DNA of 64,000 nucleotides, taken from Camelus dromedarius (lineage: Eukaryota). Shown here piece by piece: positions 13,047-26,000 of the stretch. A model generated the notes under the pieces. It ran no database searches, was not told the DNA's origin, and was given only the letters and a program-made list of their open reading frames with translations. The DNA lies in contig NC_087436.1 of assembly GCF_036321535.1 (NCBI RefSeq), positions 50,160,001-50,224,000 of the forward strand. Direction: 5' to 3'. A program made the translations under genes and the position numbers. Numbering within the stretch: the stretch's first letter is position 1; each line of letters starts with the position of its first letter.

Positions 13047-14348
13047 TGCCTCCAGTTCACATCTCTGATTTCTGTGATAATGATCCATGATGATTCCGGG
13101 CAATAGAAATTCTTTAACATCACATGTGTTACACATGTGACCTAATATGTTAGGTCAGTTCTGTTCTTGGTCACTGATAAAGGAAGATAAACAAATAAAA
13201 TAAGAGAAAACAAACAAATCCTATTAGTGAAGAAATAAAGCTGAACTATTCTACACTATTTCTTTGAGCCATTGAACATTTTAAAAAATTCTGAGTTAAC
13301 AAAACTGTCTCTTCAGAAACTGACTATTTAAAAATTTTTCTTGCCATTGAGAATACAGTACTGAAAACCCAATACTTCTTTGGATATATTTGTACAGAAT
13401 GCTGAGTTTCTTTCTTTCTTTCTTTTTTTTAAAATATCCTTCTTAGTAGCAAGCTGAGAGGAGAGACGATAACCACTGATTTCCCCCAAACATCCACATA
13501 TCATTCCTCACTCTTGGACCAAGAAGTAGTTTTTATAGCCTTGAAAAAAATGTCAGAAACATCTTGTGTTGGATTTAAAGGCTGTCTTCATGGCCATGTG
13601 AAGGGGATTAGGAGAGCTGTGGGAAAAGCAGGGCTGGAATGTGCTTCAAAAGCTGCAACTGTTAACGATGAGTCATGGCTGTGGGGCTCGTCACACTAGG
13701 GTAAGGCAAGTTTTGTGCAGGCGGGGCTCAGCCTCGAAGGGTTTGCAAAATTAAAAAAATAAAATAAATCCATTGCTGTAGACTAGACTCGATTTCAGGT
13801 TTAAAGAAAGGGAGAAAAAAGGCTTTAATGTCTTTGTATCAGCTTTGTTGAGAAAAAATAGAAAAATGTGTATTTTAAATGACTGTAGGTTATTTGTCTA
13901 TGAAAAAAAGGTAATGATTCTTTTAATGACAAACACATTCATTGAGCTTTCTCGAAACAGCAAAACCTCAATTCTCAGCACAAACAAATGAAACAGCGGA
14001 AACCTTGATAAAAGCCAGGTGAGAATTCCTTTATCTATTTTTACTTGTAACTAAATGGGACAGTTAAACGTTGTGCCTTGAGCAGAATCTTTGCAGTAGT
14101 GATTGCCATTTGCTCTCCCTGCCCCTCCCACCACATTCCAGGATTCCTTCCAGGTAAAGTAAGCAAGGGAATTAGCATCCCTTCCAGGGCAGCTGAGATT
14201 CTCTCTCCATCGCCCCCAGCCCACTCCACCCCCAACCCCCTGACAGTCCTCCTGTCATTAAGTAATTAATACAAGGCAGTCACAGGTATTAACGAGATTG
14301 AAGGAGAAAACGAAAATCCAGACTTTGCTTCTGAGACTTACGATCTTC

Positions 14349-14367
14349 TAGTGCCATCTATTGCCGC
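14349..14367 (-). promoter_or_regulatory. Possible CTCF motif
   Basis: Minus strand gcggcaatagatggcacta: AGATGGCACTA half is consensus, two core mismatches in the CCASY half. Confidence 0.35.
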
Positions 14368-14995
14368 TCTTATTTCTGACTTTCATAGCCAGTTTTTTTT
14401 AAGCCTAAGCAATTCAGGACTTTTTATCTTAAATGATTAATGAAAATACTAAAGTTTCACTCTCATTTCATATGAAGTGACTTTCAGCAAAGCTTTTCTG
14501 CTAAAGAAAACGACGGAAACAATACCCATTTGCAATCTTGGTTTATGGTGGAACTGAGACACGGTAACCCCAGTTCTGTTTTGTTTCTGAAAAGCCCTCC
14601 CTTTAGATCTGAGGAATCAGGATGATTATCTCAATTCTCTAATCTGAAAGAATCAATCAGTATTTAATGATTTTTATCAGCATTGGCTCTAACCAGGAAT
14701 CTAAGAAAATTGTGAGGGAAAAATACCGAAATTGTAGTTTCTTATTTTTCAATTAAAAATTGAATTTTTATCCAATATGGCCTAAAATGTTGCAGATGAA
14801 CCCTCTCTCCCGTCGTACTTATACAGGTTCTGTTAGCACTAGCATTTTGTTTATATGAGCAATGAGAAAAGTAGAAATGAACAACCATCTGATGCTTCTG
14901 ATTGCTGTAGGTGATAATTCTGTTGGGTAGAATCAGTGTGATAATGTTTTCTATGCTGAATTGTAAGATAATTTTATTTGCATAGATACAGACAC

Positions 14996-15618
14996 TGAAA
15001 AAGGAAGGGGGCAGGGCACAGCCATTCAAGGATTGCCACAGCAATTAACATCAAAATGGTGAAAGATTCAACCCCCAGCAGGCCTTGAGGCTCAAGATGA
15101 TGGGAGATTTAACTTCTGGTAGACCTTGAGCTTCATTATACACCTATGTAATACATTAGCATGGTAAGCAACTGCCCACAGGCACCTTGGCAGTCCCAAG
15201 GCTAGCCACAAAAGGTCAAAGAGTGGGAATGGCCAACTTCCTGGGAATCCCAGCCCCTTCCCCAGACTAGTTAGACTGGTCCTTACACTTACTAGCATAT
15301 GAAGCCACTAACCCCATAAAAACTGGCAACACGGTGCCTCACCGACGCACGCCCTCTCTCCCTCTTCGGAGATGGCCCACACTCTATGGAGTGTGTACCT
15401 ACTTTTAATCTGAGCACCCAACCCCCACACCTCATGGCCTTTCTCTTGCCTTTTGATGTACCTCTCTGAATAAATCTACCTTTACTCAAATGTGGCTCCT
15501 CTTGCATTCTTTCCTGCCCAAAGCCAAGGACCCACACTTGGCGGGGCACATCCCAGGGGCTCAACCAAAGCCTAGGACATGGCCCTCCTCATGCCCTGTA
15601 TCTATTTTTCCTGCATCA
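14996..15618 (+). mobile_element. Solo LTR of a class I (ERV1) endogenous retrovirus
   Basis: TG...CA termini, perfect 4-bp TSD acac (14992-14995 / 15619-15622), aataaa at 15469-15474, TATA-like cataaaa near 15315; 623 bp. Confidence 0.85.
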
Positions 15619-16098
15619 ACACCACAGACTTAACAATCTAAATTATAGGTTCTAAGAGCAAAAGGTAGAAATTCCATTTACTTTCTGGCTTGACCTGCCA
15701 GTTAAACATTAAAATAAAGTGAGCCTCCCATGTGGAATGCATATGTTCAAAAGATATCTGGCTGAAGTTGTAATTCTTGACTCCTACTTGGCAATGTTTT
15801 GACAGCATCTTCTGATCATGTCAAAACTGGCTATGATTCCTGACTGCTGATCAACTCCAAAGACTGAGGAATCCATTGCTATTCTAAAAATAACAAGAGA
15901 AATAAAATGCTTCCTTATTTTTAAAAATATTGTTCTCTCAGTATTTTCCTTTTTTGCATTTTGTTTGTGTTTTTCATTTTTCTTTAAGTGACAACAGAGG
16001 GACGTGTACTCAGGGTTACCACGGACAAAAAACAGATTTATATAGGTGAAGAAATCAGTGGTCAAAAATAATTAAGTATATTTAGGCATCTGATAGGT

Positions 16099-16146
16099 GG
16101 GGGGGGGTGCGTGCGCACGCGCACGCACGCAGGGAGGGGGCGGGGG
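16099..16146. promoter_or_regulatory. CpG-retaining patch with NRF1-like motif and GC box
   Basis: tgcgcacgcgca (16112-16123) fits YGCGCAYGCGCR; gggggcggggg (16136-16146) fits the Sp/KLF box. Confidence 0.3.
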
Positions 16147-17416
16147 AGAGAGATGGAGAGAAGGCATGTTCTCAGTATCCTCCTATTATATCCTCCAATA
16201 ATCAAAACTACTCTGAGCTGCTAAATTTAGTAACCTCCCCTCCTCTGCCATCCTTCTTTCTTTTTTTTTTCTTTCCAACTAGTTGAAAGAACATATTATA
16301 TTCTTGCTCAGAATTTGACACTTGAAACATGTTTCCCTAACCCAAGGAATAAAAACATTAAAGAGACTTTTTTAATACAGTGCCCTAGAGAAAGGTTAAC
16401 AAGATTAAGAACAAGAAGTATACATTGTTTAGAAGTAGTGGCTACCTATTTTTGCTGCCATGGCAAAGGGTAAAACTGAGCAAAATGCACAAAATTTCAT
16501 TAAACACCTCTGACTGCAGAAGGAAACTAATTAGAATACAAAGGGAAAAAGACTCAGCAGGAGGCAGCACGGTTTGATCAACAGTTTTGTTAGAGAACCA
16601 GAAGAGGGTGCTGATCTCCTACAGATGACAGCAACTTGAACCAGAAATGGCCAGTGAATGTTTTCATCAAAAAAGTGAAAACAAGGGACTCACTTCTAAT
16701 GTATCATCACAATAGAGTTCTCCAGCATATTTTAACGATAAAGGATGAGCTCATAATATTTTATAATATCAAATAAAAACAAAAATGTACAACTAATTTG
16801 TATTTTTTCAGTGGTAGCTGAAGACATTAAACTCATTTATTTTTTAAAAATAAATCACCAGCCTTTTCCATGGTTTCATATTGAAATAAGGATATAGGAA
16901 TAATATGATTTCCTTGCATTTATTTTTTCTTATTTGATTAAGATTGGAAAAACCATGACTAATTTCCAAAGTTTACCGCACTAAACAATTTGACTAAAGA
17001 TAGTTTTTAGGACAGCTGCCAAGGAATTCTCTCTTTCTTTCTCAATAGACAGATAGGTATATACATACATGCATGTATGTATATAAATATATGTTTGTAT
17101 ATAGACACAGACAGGTGTAAACACATGTGTGTACACATGCACACACACATATATAAGATATGTAAAATTATAAATTATTAACAAGACAATGTGTTAGACT
17201 TACTAAAAAGATAAAGTCATTCTAATGTTTCTACTAGAAAAACATGAATTTCACCTACATTATTTTTTGATCCTCACAATAATTCCTGTAACTAGGATTT
17301 TGACCACTCCCGATTTTACAAGTAAGGAATCTGTTAAATTAATTGTTGTGACCTAAGATTATTCAAAACTTTGAAACATGAAAGAAATGTAGTATAATAT
17401 ATAGAAAAGAAAAATA

Positions 17417-17848
17417 TGTCAGTTATGAGCCCAATAGGAAACAGGTGGAACCCTCAAATCAGAACTCAAAGATGTATATTTACAAAGGGTCTAATTACAA
17501 ATGAGTGGATAATATGAATGGAAATCAATGGGGATAGCGCAGGAATTCTCGGTGCCAAGAAATCTCTAAGAGTTTCCTGGAAAAGAGGAGAAAGTCTCTA
17601 AGTAGCTACTTTGAGGGACTGTGATAGCTCCAGGAAGAGACACAAGGGAATGGAATAAATGTCCAGTTCACTTACCTGTCTCTCTCTGCTCTCCTTAAGA
17701 TTCACAACATCCCTAACTTAAGCGCTGTTTTTTGTTGTTGTTGGGTTTTGGTTTTGGTTTTGGTTTTATAAGAGACAGCACGCTTCCAGAGTTGAGAACA
17801 AAAGAGGGGAGAGTAGACTTGAGAAACAAATTGAAGATTTCCAGCACA
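17417..17848 (-). mobile_element. ERVL LTR (LTR33-like)
   Basis: Minus strand begins tgtgctggaaatcttcaatttgtttctcaagtctactctccccc, similar to the LTR33 5' end; far end cctgtttcctattgggctcataactgaca. Confidence 0.65.
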
Positions 17849-18070
17849 ATGTTTTTATTGAGTGCCTACAGTGTGCCAGAAAATTGCTAGACACTTTCAC
17901 TAATGTTATTTTATTTAATCCTTAAAATAACCCTGCAAGATTAATGATATTATTGACTTTTTTGCCGAAGTGGAAACTTTGACTTATGTATGTTATCTGT
18001 TTTGTTTAAGGCCATATGTCTACTGAGTAGCAGAGGAAGTATTTTTAATTAGATCTGTTTGACAGAAACG
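17849..18070 (-). mobile_element. MIR SINE
   Basis: tttattgagtgcctacagtgtgccag...atttaatccttaaaataaccctgcaag...gaagtggaaact. Confidence 0.75.
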
Positions 18071-18084
18071 TCACTTTGAAAATT

Positions 18085-18290
18085 ATTATGAGTCAAGACT
18101 TGGAATTAGAATCCTTTGTATAAATCCTACATCAATTATTGAATAACTCTGTGAACTTGAGCAAGTCACTTAAGTTCTAAAAGTCTTGTCTTTATTTGCA
18201 CAGTAGTCATTATAATGTACCTTGTAGGATTTTTTTTTGTGTGAGGTTTAATTTAAACACCATATGTAAAGACAGTTAAAATGGTATGCA
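18085..18290 (+). mobile_element. MIR SINE
   Basis: gagtcaagacttggaattagaatcc...actctgtgaacttgagcaagtcacttaa...gtgaggtttaa. Confidence 0.65.
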
Positions 18291-18774
18291 ACCTGGTTAT
18301 AAACAAGGATGATTCAGAATTGAATAAAAATGTGAAGTGCTATGGTTTCATCCAGTTTCAATCCAAAGACAGAAATAATTTGAGTTAATGTTATTATTAT
18401 GGAACAGAGTCTGTGGCAAATCCTAGTGGCAACTGGTTACACACAATGTATTGACAGAAAAAAAAAGAGAGATTAATGAGACTAAGTTACAGAGGGATTT
18501 ACAGACCTACTTTGGTCCATGGGGTGTCAACATATATTCCTAATAATCCATAAGTGTGCCCCAAAGGAACACTGATTGTATTATTAGCTAATGTATCCTT
18601 TAATGCCATAAAAAGCTAATGAGAACACAATTTATTCAACTATCTGTGTTACTACTTAAGAAGAATAAGTCACTCATATGGTGATAGTCCACAATGGGGA
18701 CAGAGAGTATTAAAAGAACCAGGTAATTACTAAGCAAAGAGAAGTGAGAAAGATACATTTAAAAAATATTTGTA

Positions 18775-19580
18775 GACTTCCACTTCCAGTCATGATGGAG
18801 TAATAAAGATCTAGACTTAGCCTCTATTGAAAATATTAGAATACTTGACAAATGTGTTTATAGACCTCAGACAACAACCAGCATGGGTCTGTGATCCCTG
18901 GGAAAAGTGAAGCAAGTAAGATGAGCCCTGTAGTTGCTCCGGCTCTTTGTCTGGAAGCAACGTTAAGTAGAGACACTGAAAGAGACAATCCAAACAGAAC
19001 GTGTTTGGACCTAAATGCAGCAGGTAAAATCATAAACTTTCTAGTAGAAACTATACAATAAAATCATGTCCTGTGGAAAAGCCAGACTTTCTCAGGAGTA
19101 CACAAAAAAGCAAAAAGCATAAAAGAAATTAATTTATATCTTTCATGAAAACTCTTGTTTTTTACTCTTTGAAAGAAATCATTAAGACAATTTAAAGACA
19201 AATGAGAGACTGCAAGAAAATATTCAGAATCTGTATATCTTACACAGGCTTATAGAAAGCTCACAACTATCTAATAAGAAGTCAAGCATGCCAGTAAAAA
19301 TGATACACACACTTTACACACACACACACACGCACACACACAATACACAAAAATATGCTCAACACCCAAGCCATCACGGAAATGATAATTAAAACCCAAA
19401 TGAGATACTTTGGAAAAGACATCAACAGGAAACTAATACACAATAGTTCACAGAAGCTATAGTCCTAATAGCGGAAAAATCAGCGCCCTGGAGCTGGGTA
19501 GGGGAGTGGGGAATAAACATACCCAAATGTCTATCAACCAACGAATGAATAAACAAACTGATGTATATTTATATAATGCA
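18775..19580 (+). mobile_element. Ancient L1 fragments (5' UTR-like piece, then ORF2 3' part)
   Basis: gacttccacttccagtcatgatggagta start; later atgctcaacacccaagccatcacggaaatgataattaaaacccaaatgagatac and acccaaatgtctatcaaccaacgaatgaataaacaaactg. Confidence 0.6.
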
Positions 19581-19919
19581 CAGCTGGGGTTCTGCTTAGT
19601 TGGAGCATCTGCTTGACATGTGTCTTATTCTCCTTCTGGGATCAGCAAGCCCACCTAGTCATATTTTTCTAATGACAAAAGCTATCATTCAAGAGAGAAC
19701 GAGAAATATGCAAATCCTCTCAAATCACAGGTTTAGAACCAGCGTCCTGACATTTCTGCCTCATCCTATTGACCAAAGCAAGTCTCCCAGCCAAGCTGAG
19801 GCAAGCACGCATCAAAGTGGATAGAATCTCTTTAAGGGAAGGAGCCACAAAGTCACCTGACAAAGAACGTAAATCAGGGAGGTGCAAAGCATCGAAGTCA
19901 TTAATACAATATACCAATA
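19581..19919 (-). mobile_element. Old MaLR LTR fragment (MLT1J/I-like)
   Basis: catttctgcctcatcctattgaccaaagcaagtc...caaagtcacctgacaaag is typical antisense MLT1J. Confidence 0.6.
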
Positions 19920-20089
19920 GATCTGATACTTTTTGTGTTGTTTTGTTTATAACTTACTTTATTTGTTTCATTTTTTTATCCCAGTTCATTACAGTGTTGA
20001 CTTCTACTATGACTACAATTACCTACTTTTATTATATTCACCAGATTGTTTTTGTTGTTGATCTAGAATGCTCTTGATTTTGAATGCCA

Positions 20090-20620
20090 ATAGACAATTT
20101 GATTGATTTGAAGTTTCCATCTTCTCTCATATTTTTGGTATAGACAATAATATTTTCTATTAATAAAAAGAATCTTCTTTTTTTCCAATTTCTATATATT
20201 AATCACCTCCTTGTGTACTATTGCTTTGTTTATGATTTCTAGTACAATGATAAACAAAAGCAACACTTTTAAGGTATGCCCTCTCCCCCTATTATATTTT
20301 AACTTTTTAAAAAGAATTCATTAAAATGTTAATATTTGTTTATTCGATATTTATTTCCATTTGCCAAAATATTTTATCAATTTCTCTACACATTATATTT
20401 TTGTATCGCAATTATATATCTCTGTATTCACTTTTTTCTCCTTTAATACTTTTTAGTGAAGGTCTCTCTGTTATAAATGTATTGGTCTTTATATATTTGA
20501 AAATGTCTTCATTTTGCTTTCACTCCTAAAATTATTGAGGCTGGCTGCAAATTTATTCTTTGACAGCTTTGCTCCCACCCTGCCTTTGAATTTTAAAATA
20601 TTGTACCATTGTTTGCTGGC

Positions 20621-20670
<50 letters not shown>

Positions 20671-21300
20671 AGAAGTTACTTCTCTCAGTCATATTTTTTT
20701 TTATTATAAAGCGACCTTATTTTTTTATAGATACTAATCCAGTTTCTTTATCTTTGGTGATACAACATTTCACTACGCTGTCTGAGTGACTATTCATTTG
20801 TATCTTATTAACTGAAATGATTTTGTATTCAAAGCACATTTTCAATCTAAACAGTAATGACTATCTTCAAATCTGGAAAACTATCTCAAGTATTGTTTGT
20901 ACATTCCCTTCTTTTACTTTGCCGATGTTTCGAATGGATTTTGGAATCTCTCAATTTATCCGTGCCTCTTAATTGCTCTTTTTCTTCTTTCTCTAGGCTA
21001 TATTCTGTGAGAATTTCTCCATGGCATATTCTTAGTTCATTATCTGCCCTCTGACTGCATTTATTATAGAGTATATTCACTTACTGACCTTCCATTCAAA
21101 TGCCTACATTTTTTATATCCAAGAATTGTAATTATTTTGATAAACACCTGAACTTTTCTCATTTACTCTTGATTTTGTTTTATAACCCTTTTTAATAGAA
21201 ATTTTACCTTTATTTATCTTTCTAAATATTCTCAAAACACTTAATATCTTCAAGATACTTTGCATAAAATAAATTGTAAATGGAATAAATAATTATTCAG
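20090..21300 (-). mobile_element. Very old L1/HAL1 remnants
   Basis: T-rich plus strand with tttgaaaatgtcttcattttgctttcactcc and ccattgtttgctggc, typical of antisense L1/HAL1 ORF1. Confidence 0.45.
20621..20667. repeat. (TAT)n microsatellite, about 15 units
   Basis: Perfect trinucleotide run; source of the poly-Ile ORFs on both strands. Confidence 0.95.
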
Positions 21301-22139
21301 GGTGTTGATCTTATTGGCCGTTTGAAGAAGCGGGGCTTTCTTTTTTCATGGAAATGTGTGTGTTGCAGGCCCATTTGAGCAAAAGAGAGTTCTTTGTCAC
21401 TCCCTCCCTCAATGGTCAATTTTAATTGTCCAAATGTTTTGTGATTCTCTCTTTCTAGGCCTCTAGTTCCCTGGGTCAGAATCAGCTCTAATAATTACAC
21501 CTGGGTGTGACTGCCCCATGGGGGTGTGGCAAATCCAGTTATAGTACCAGTAGGTGATTGACTCTTTTCCTGGTATCCTGGCATCTCTCTAGGGTCACCA
21601 CTTTGGATAAAGGTAGAGCCTTACTAGTGGTCAGATCTATTGTTTCAGATTCTCCGAATGTATGGAGAAAGCTGCACCCTAGCTTTTGAATTAAAACATT
21701 AAACATGGCCTTATGTCCCAAAATCACACAGAGAAAATTAGTTCACTTTAACCCACAATAGCTAAACTTTGGCAGCTCATTATTTGCTTCTGGACACAGA
21801 TACCAGCAGGCCTGTAGCCTCAGGACCTACATACAATTCTGTTTCTATCTAGTTTTTAGTTCACAGAGATGTTCTTATATTTGAGCCTGGCTGTAATGTT
21901 TTGTTTTACTCTTTTTATAATATAGCCATTATTTCAATAAGCTTGTAGAAGAAATGGCTATCAGAGCTTCAAATGATTGTGACATAATCCATGTAGGCAA
22001 TATTTTTATTTCCTTCATATCTTGTGTGTTAATAATTCACCACTTTTGGAGCCAACTGCAGGAGCTTTGAAATGTGTTCTACAAATAGCAGGGGGAAGGG
22101 GAAAAAAGACACTTTGAAAATATTATGGTTTTTAAGGGT

Positions 22140-22480
22140 TTTAAAAGTAAACTTTTTGAACAATAATAAAAGTGCATGACAAAAATATATTTCCATGAAT
22201 TTTTATAAAATTAACATATAACTAACACAGAGATAAAAACAAATAATACTAACAAATGTAGTCCTTCTCAGCTCAGTCTCTTCCTGTGTCACCCAAAATA
22301 ACCACTAATTTGACTTCTACCATGAATCAGTTTTGCCCGTCTTTGAACTTAACAAAAATGGGATTAAATAGTATCAATTCTTCTTGGTTTAGCTTCTTTC
22401 ATTCAACATTATGTTGTAAGTTGCATCCATTTATTTGCATATAGTTATGGTTTGTTCATTCTCCTTACAGTATAAAATTG
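22140..22480 (-). mobile_element. L1ME-type 3' end
   Basis: aaccactaatttgacttctaccatgaatcagttttgcccgtctttgaactt...gcttctttcattcaacattatgttg...catccat. Confidence 0.7.
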
Positions 22481-22484
22481 ATTA

Positions 22485-22795
22485 TACTTCCTGGCTCCTA
22501 GCAGTTGAGTGGAGTTCTAAATCTAACTCTGATCTATGAACTGAGAGTAGAAGGGATGCTGGTACTTCTGGCCTGAACATTTAATTATCAAGGTGGCACC
22601 TTCAAGAGCTATCTCACTGCCTTCTGACATAGTTACCAACGATAATTCAGTTGATAGCAGCTCCCCCAGCCTGAGGTCTCAAATGGCTATGATGACCAGA
22701 GACCTCTTCACTTAAAGTGCACTTGTTAAGGAAGAAACAAACACTTACTGTTAAGTGGGTCACATTTTGGGGGGTGTCACCAGTGTATGTGCTCA
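22485..22795 (+). mobile_element. Old MaLR LTR fragment (MLT1I-like)
   Basis: acttctggcctgaacatttaatt...cagcctgaggtctc...aagaaacaaacacttactgttaag...attttggggg. Confidence 0.55.
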
Positions 22796-22918
22796 ATCCA
22801 CAAGTTCTTTGCCAGCCTCACTGATCTCTACCCTCAAGACAGATTCCACTTATCACTGATTTATAAAAGTTTGGAAAATTATTTCCATCAGCATATGTTC
22901 ATAGGTTCAAGTGAAATA

Positions 22919-23090
22919 CAGTTGGCCCTCGAACAATGCACGGGTTAGGGGCATCAACCCTCCCCGCAGTTGAAAATCTGTAAATCCGCCTATGAAATAG
23001 TTGGCCTGCCACATAAGCGGTTCCACATCAGTGGATTCAACTAACCATGGGTTGACCCAGTTCAAACCTCTGTTGTTCAAGGGTCAACTG
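22919..23090 (-). mobile_element. Tigger2-derived non-autonomous element (MITE)
   Basis: TIRs cagttggccctcgaacaa / ttgttcaagggtcaactg, intact TA duplication both sides (22917-22918, 23091-23092); 172 bp. Confidence 0.9.
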
Positions 23091-26000
23091 TAAAGTGTTA
23101 TAATTAAAATCTGCCTAAATCTACATTTCCCTAACCATGTTCTGCAAAACACTGGCCCTAGAATATGTCTGCAGATATTCCTCTTAAAAGTGTCCAATAT
23201 TTTAATAAAATTGATCAACCCAGTATATTCTAGACCTTTCTTAGAGAGCAAAAATATCTAAGGACCTTTAGGAGATCTTGCAGTTAAAAAGCTGGTTTAT
23301 CTTTATTCAAGTAAAAGCTATTTGAGTATTGATAAAGAATCAAATCCTTCTATAATAAAACAGAACCACATTTTCATAATTTGAGGAATAAAGTTAAAGG
23401 TGAAGCACATTAAAAGCTCTGTAACGTTTAACCCTATAGATACTCGGATCTTTTTCAAATGTATGTTATCAATGCCCTTTGCAAATAGTCTCCTGAAGTT
23501 TGCTGGCTGTATCTACAGAGTGCCCTCCTCTCCTGCACTAAGTTTCATAAAAGTCTTCTCTCACCTACCTCAGTGTCACTGGTCCTCTCTTTCCTCGGTG
23601 ACACCAAGGTGATTCTCAAAGAGATCCTTTGGTTGTGTCTGTGTAAAAAGAAAACCTAAACACTGTAAACATTAAGGAATTAGGTATGAGGGACTCCAAG
23701 ATTCTGACTATTGACCAGTCCCCCCTCTCCTGAAGATTTTATTAAAATTTGGAGTCTGCAGTCTGATAGCTCACGATAACACTGGAACTTCCTTTGATCA
23801 ACCTTTGGAACAATGTTTCAAAGTTTGGGAATCACCTAACAAAAAATTCTGCTGTCCCAAGAGGAAGTCTTAGAACATCCTTTACCTACTGGCCAACCTG
23901 ACTGGCACAGGTGACTTGGCTTTGGCAAAAGTTATACAAACCAAAAGTTTGCTTTTACATTTAAAGTCATGACCTCAACTTCTCCTACATCTTTGATTTT
24001 ACTACAGACATCACAATCTCATCAAAGATAAGTCTCCATTCTGTAATAAAAGGAAGGCAAAGCAGGCAATAGGTAGAAAGTCTAGGCAAGGGAAGTATTT
24101 TGCCGCAAGAAGAAAAGAACAGAAAGAAGGAAGAAGAGGGGAATGAGAGGTAACAGAAAGAATAAAAGGGACAATGAATAATCTTGGAGAAAAAAATGAC
24201 CCTGTTATTCTCCCCACCTCATGATCTCCATACCTTCCACCCTTATGGAGACCCAAAAATGAAGTTTCTGAGTTACAACAATCTTGACCTTCAATTCACT
24301 GCACCAATGATCACAATCAAATTCAACGAACATTTATGACACACATATTACATGGTTGGAATGGTGTTAGGTCCTGGGGCTTTAAGAAAAAGGCATGAAA
24401 TCATTTCCAGTAAAGTAAACAAAAATAGACAAGCATTAACCGATGCTCCTCAACCCTAGTACTTCCGGTACAAGTGGAGTCATGTGAACTGGAATATGTC
24501 AGATCCCTCTGTTTCATTCTGCTTTTGCGTTCTGCCAGATCTCTAGACCTCGCTCAGATGCTTTCAGGAAATTTAGTGTCTCACACAGTTTTGCTATTAC
24601 TCATCTCATGTTCTTCTGCTTCAACCATCTAATACCAGGGTACTCAGTGAGAGTGTGGATTGTTTGCCCAGGTGTTGGTTCCAGGTGGTCCCCAAAGCGG
24701 CAGGTGTGTGAGGTGCCAAATGAAATGGCATTCATCATTGCACGGAAATGGGGTGAATTCTCTCTTCCTCGTCTTTGTTCCACACTGTCACCCACACCCA
24801 AAAGCCAAACTGTCACTCAAGGTCTAGGCTACCCCACTCCCCAAGGCCTCCATCTCCATTGAGGAAAACTGGCATAGCTCTTTCCCTGAAGCACTCAGTG
24901 CTAATCACTAGAAATGGATAGATGATAAATGCCATGCTCTTAGGAGTATGTTTTTGGTTCTATAAAATAAAATCTATAAAAATTTCAGGTACAAAATGCA
25001 GATATGTTCTCACCAAGCTCTAGTTCTCCAGTGAATCCACTCATGCAAATAGATGACTTGGATGACTTGGCCCTCACCGTCCTCATCAGACATTATAAAT
25101 ACCTGCATCTCTAGATAATCTTAGCTAGAATGACTACCAAAACATAAATACATAAAGGAGCTGAGGCACAGAAGCCAATCTTATCCTGCCTGGAGATCTG
25201 AGATGCATGTATTACCTGAAGAACGTCTGCCAGTACAAGCATAAATGCAGCCTCTCCCATTTGCTACGTCTGGCTCAGTGTTACTGGAAACGTGGAAGAT
25301 GTGGGCAGGTGAGAGGTAATTCTGACTGTCCTGCGACTACCATCTTCCTGATGTTTTCAAGTGACCGTTGTGAGGATGGGTGCACCACAGGTAAAGGAGA
25401 TAGGGTAGGGCACCCACACACCAGAGTATGAGTCATAGACTTCTTTCATCAAAGCAGAGACAGGTACAGATCTGATTCATCAGTGTGAACGACAGTATTT
25501 CATGATGTGAATTCACCAAAATGGTTATCCCCAATGAAGGACATTCCAGTCGTTTCTATATTTTCCTATAAGAAAAATAAATATAATCAATAAAATAAAT
25601 ATGTTTAAACATTGGATCTTCTTCCTCAGTGTAAATCAGGACAGCTAGTTTAAAGATAATGAGTATAATTACATTTATATACGTATTGCTAAGCTTCTTT
25701 GTCCATATTTTTATTTCAATGTAACAAACTTTCAAAGGTAGGATTAATTTTCTTATGTTGAGATACAACCTCATCTCAATATAAATTTACAAGATAATTA
25801 CTATGACTTTGGAGAATATCATACTATAGATATTAAAACTTTAAACTTTATTGAAACTTTTAGGGTGAAATGACCTTTTCTTTCTTTAACCTTCTAACAA
25901 AAATTTAAAGCCATTTTGAGGAAATCATTGAAAATCTGGATTAAAATATCAATATTTCCACTATAAAATAGGGTTTTAACCTAATAAAATATAAAGGACT

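Noticed and set aside
12794..13136. Overlapping R/K/E/G-rich and L/P/F/S-rich ORFs
   Set aside because: Artefacts of the polypurine low-complexity tract.
15960..16050. Possible small exon (pyrimidine tract-AG ... AG/GTGAAG)
   Set aside because: Weak donor, no recognisable peptide and no partner exons; unsupported without transcript data.
19481..19501. REST/NRSE-like atcagcgccctggagctgggt
   Set aside because: The right half lacks the GGACAG core; too many mismatches.
20489..20789. Poly-isoleucine, membrane-like ORFs on both strands
   Set aside because: Translations of the (TAT)n microsatellite.
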